Origin: Myxococcota bacterium
GTDB lineage: Bacteria; Myxococcota_A; Polyangia; Polyangiales; Houyiibacteriaceae
Assembly (NCBI GenBank): GCA_039030515.1
Contig: JBCCEA010000001.1
Span: forward strand, 189,184 to 253,183
Length of the DNA stretch: 64,000 bases
Direction of reading: 5' to 3'
The translations under genes were made by a program, and so were the position numbers. The notes below the pieces were generated by a model. It ran no database searches and was not told where the DNA came from. It saw only the letters and a program-made list of their open reading frames with translations. Below are positions 62,926 through 64,000 of this stretch, one piece after another; positions within the stretch are counted from its first letter, which is position 1; the number at the start of each line of letters is the position of its first letter.

Positions 62926-63852
62926 GTGAAAATCCATGAGATGGAACTCTTGATCCGGGTTGCGGAAACCGGGTCGATGACGGTAGCGGCGCGACAAATG
63001 CACCTGACACCAGCCGCCGTGAGTGCAACGGTGGGCCGGGTTGAGGAGGCACTGGGAGTGCGACTGTTCGAGCGAACCACCCGCGCGATCCATCCGACCG
63101 ACGAAGGCTCGGCCCTGCTTGAGGGATGCCAAGAGATGGTCGTCCAATGGGAGCGCACGCTCGAACAGGTTCGGGGCACTCAGGAAATGGAGGGGACAGT
63201 CCACCTCTCCGCGCCAGCCGACACGACGTACCAGATCCTAGCGCCGCTGGTGGGGCCGGTTTCCCAAGCCAACCCAAAGCTCCGAGTCGTATTACACACG
63301 AGCGACGTCGTACATCATCTGCACCAAGAAGCGATCGACATGGCGATCCGGTACGGGCCACTTCAGGACAGCACACTGTTCGCTCGCAAGTTGGTGGAGT
63401 GCCCCGGCCTACTGGTGGCGGCGCCGTCCTATCTCGAACGTTGGGGCGTGCCGCTTTCACCCCAAGATCTCAGTGGCCATCGTTGCCTCACGCTCCAGCT
63501 CTCGAGTGCGGCAGTCACATCATGGACCTTGCACAAGGGGCACACCTCCCATCAGGTTCCGCTGAGAAGCCCTCTATGCGGCGATGGCTATCTCGCGCGC
63601 CAATGGGCTCTTGAGGCCGTAGGTATTGCGCGCAAGAGCCTCTTCGATGTGATCGACGATCTGGAGGCTGGCCGACTCGTGAGGGTTCTCCCCGACCACA
63701 CGGCTGGGCCCATTGCGATCCACGCGGTCTTCCCAAGTCATCGCTACCTGCCGATGCGGGTCCGCGCGCTCGACGCAGCCCTCACAGTCGAGTTTGCTGC
63801 GCGCTCTGATCGTTGCGAGGCTTGGCTGCGGCTGCCATCGAACTCGGGTTGA
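62926..63852 (+). CDS. LysR family regulator
   Basis: GSMTVAARQMHLTPAAVS HTH; divergent from the oxidoreductase genes. Confidence 0.92.
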   Translation: MKIHEMELLIRVAETGSMTVAARQMHLTPAAVSATVGRVEEALGVRLFERTTRAIHPTDEGSALLEGCQEMVVQWERTLEQVRGTQEMEGTVHLSAPADTTYQILAPLVGPVSQANPKLRVVLHTSDVVHHLHQEAIDMAIRYGPLQDSTLFARKLVECPGLLVAAPSYLERWGVPLSPQDLSGHRCLTLQLSSAAVTSWTLHKGHTSHQVPLRSPLCGDGYLARQWALEAVGIARKSLFDVIDDLEAGRLVRVLPDHTAGPIAIHAVFPSHRYLPMRVRALDAALTVEFAARSDRCEAWLRLPSNSG

Positions 63853-64000
63853 AATGCCGCAGCGAACAAGCGGCTATTTCTTCACGTCTTCACTATCGTC
63901 CCCTCGCGGAGGTGATCGAGGTATTCCGTGAACACCACCGCGCGGTTTTTCTTGCGGTCGTCGAGTGCATGCAGCACGTCTGCCGCGTCGAGCACGCGTA

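Overview
Positions 1 to about 47,060 hold most of a GC-rich temperate prophage with a contractile tail; its left end, including the rest of the baseplate, lies outside the window. The minus strand carries baseplate, tape measure, tube, sheath, neck, capsid, portal, terminase and nuclease genes. The plus strand carries a LexA-type repressor, a regulatory or accessory block, a sigma-like gene, SSB-like/helicase/primase-helicase replication genes, DUF2924 and a large serine recombinase. Three genes run against the late-gene strand: an unknown ORF, a HEPN-like ORF and a short tyrosine recombinase. The most notable elements are: (i) a pair consisting of a Gly2-starting partner and a QueC/QatC-family enzyme, without QatA, QatD or a CD-NTase, where the enzyme carries a C-terminal domain duplicated from the upstream phage regulator (candidate protein-deazaguanylation system); (ii) a Dam-type methyltransferase fused to the XkdF-type prohead protease; (iii) a six-copy bipartite promoter-like motif, possibly read by the phage sigma-like protein; (iv) a 32-bp motif shared upstream of both recombinase units. 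Positions 47-64 kb are accessory or host genes (LysR, NmrA, hydrolase, sigZ-arsM, Rrf2, oxidoreductases) plus a decayed island (MmeI-like RM, RhuM, Zn-ribbon, IS4, Lhr-like fragments). All calls come from visual motif recognition; no searches were run.
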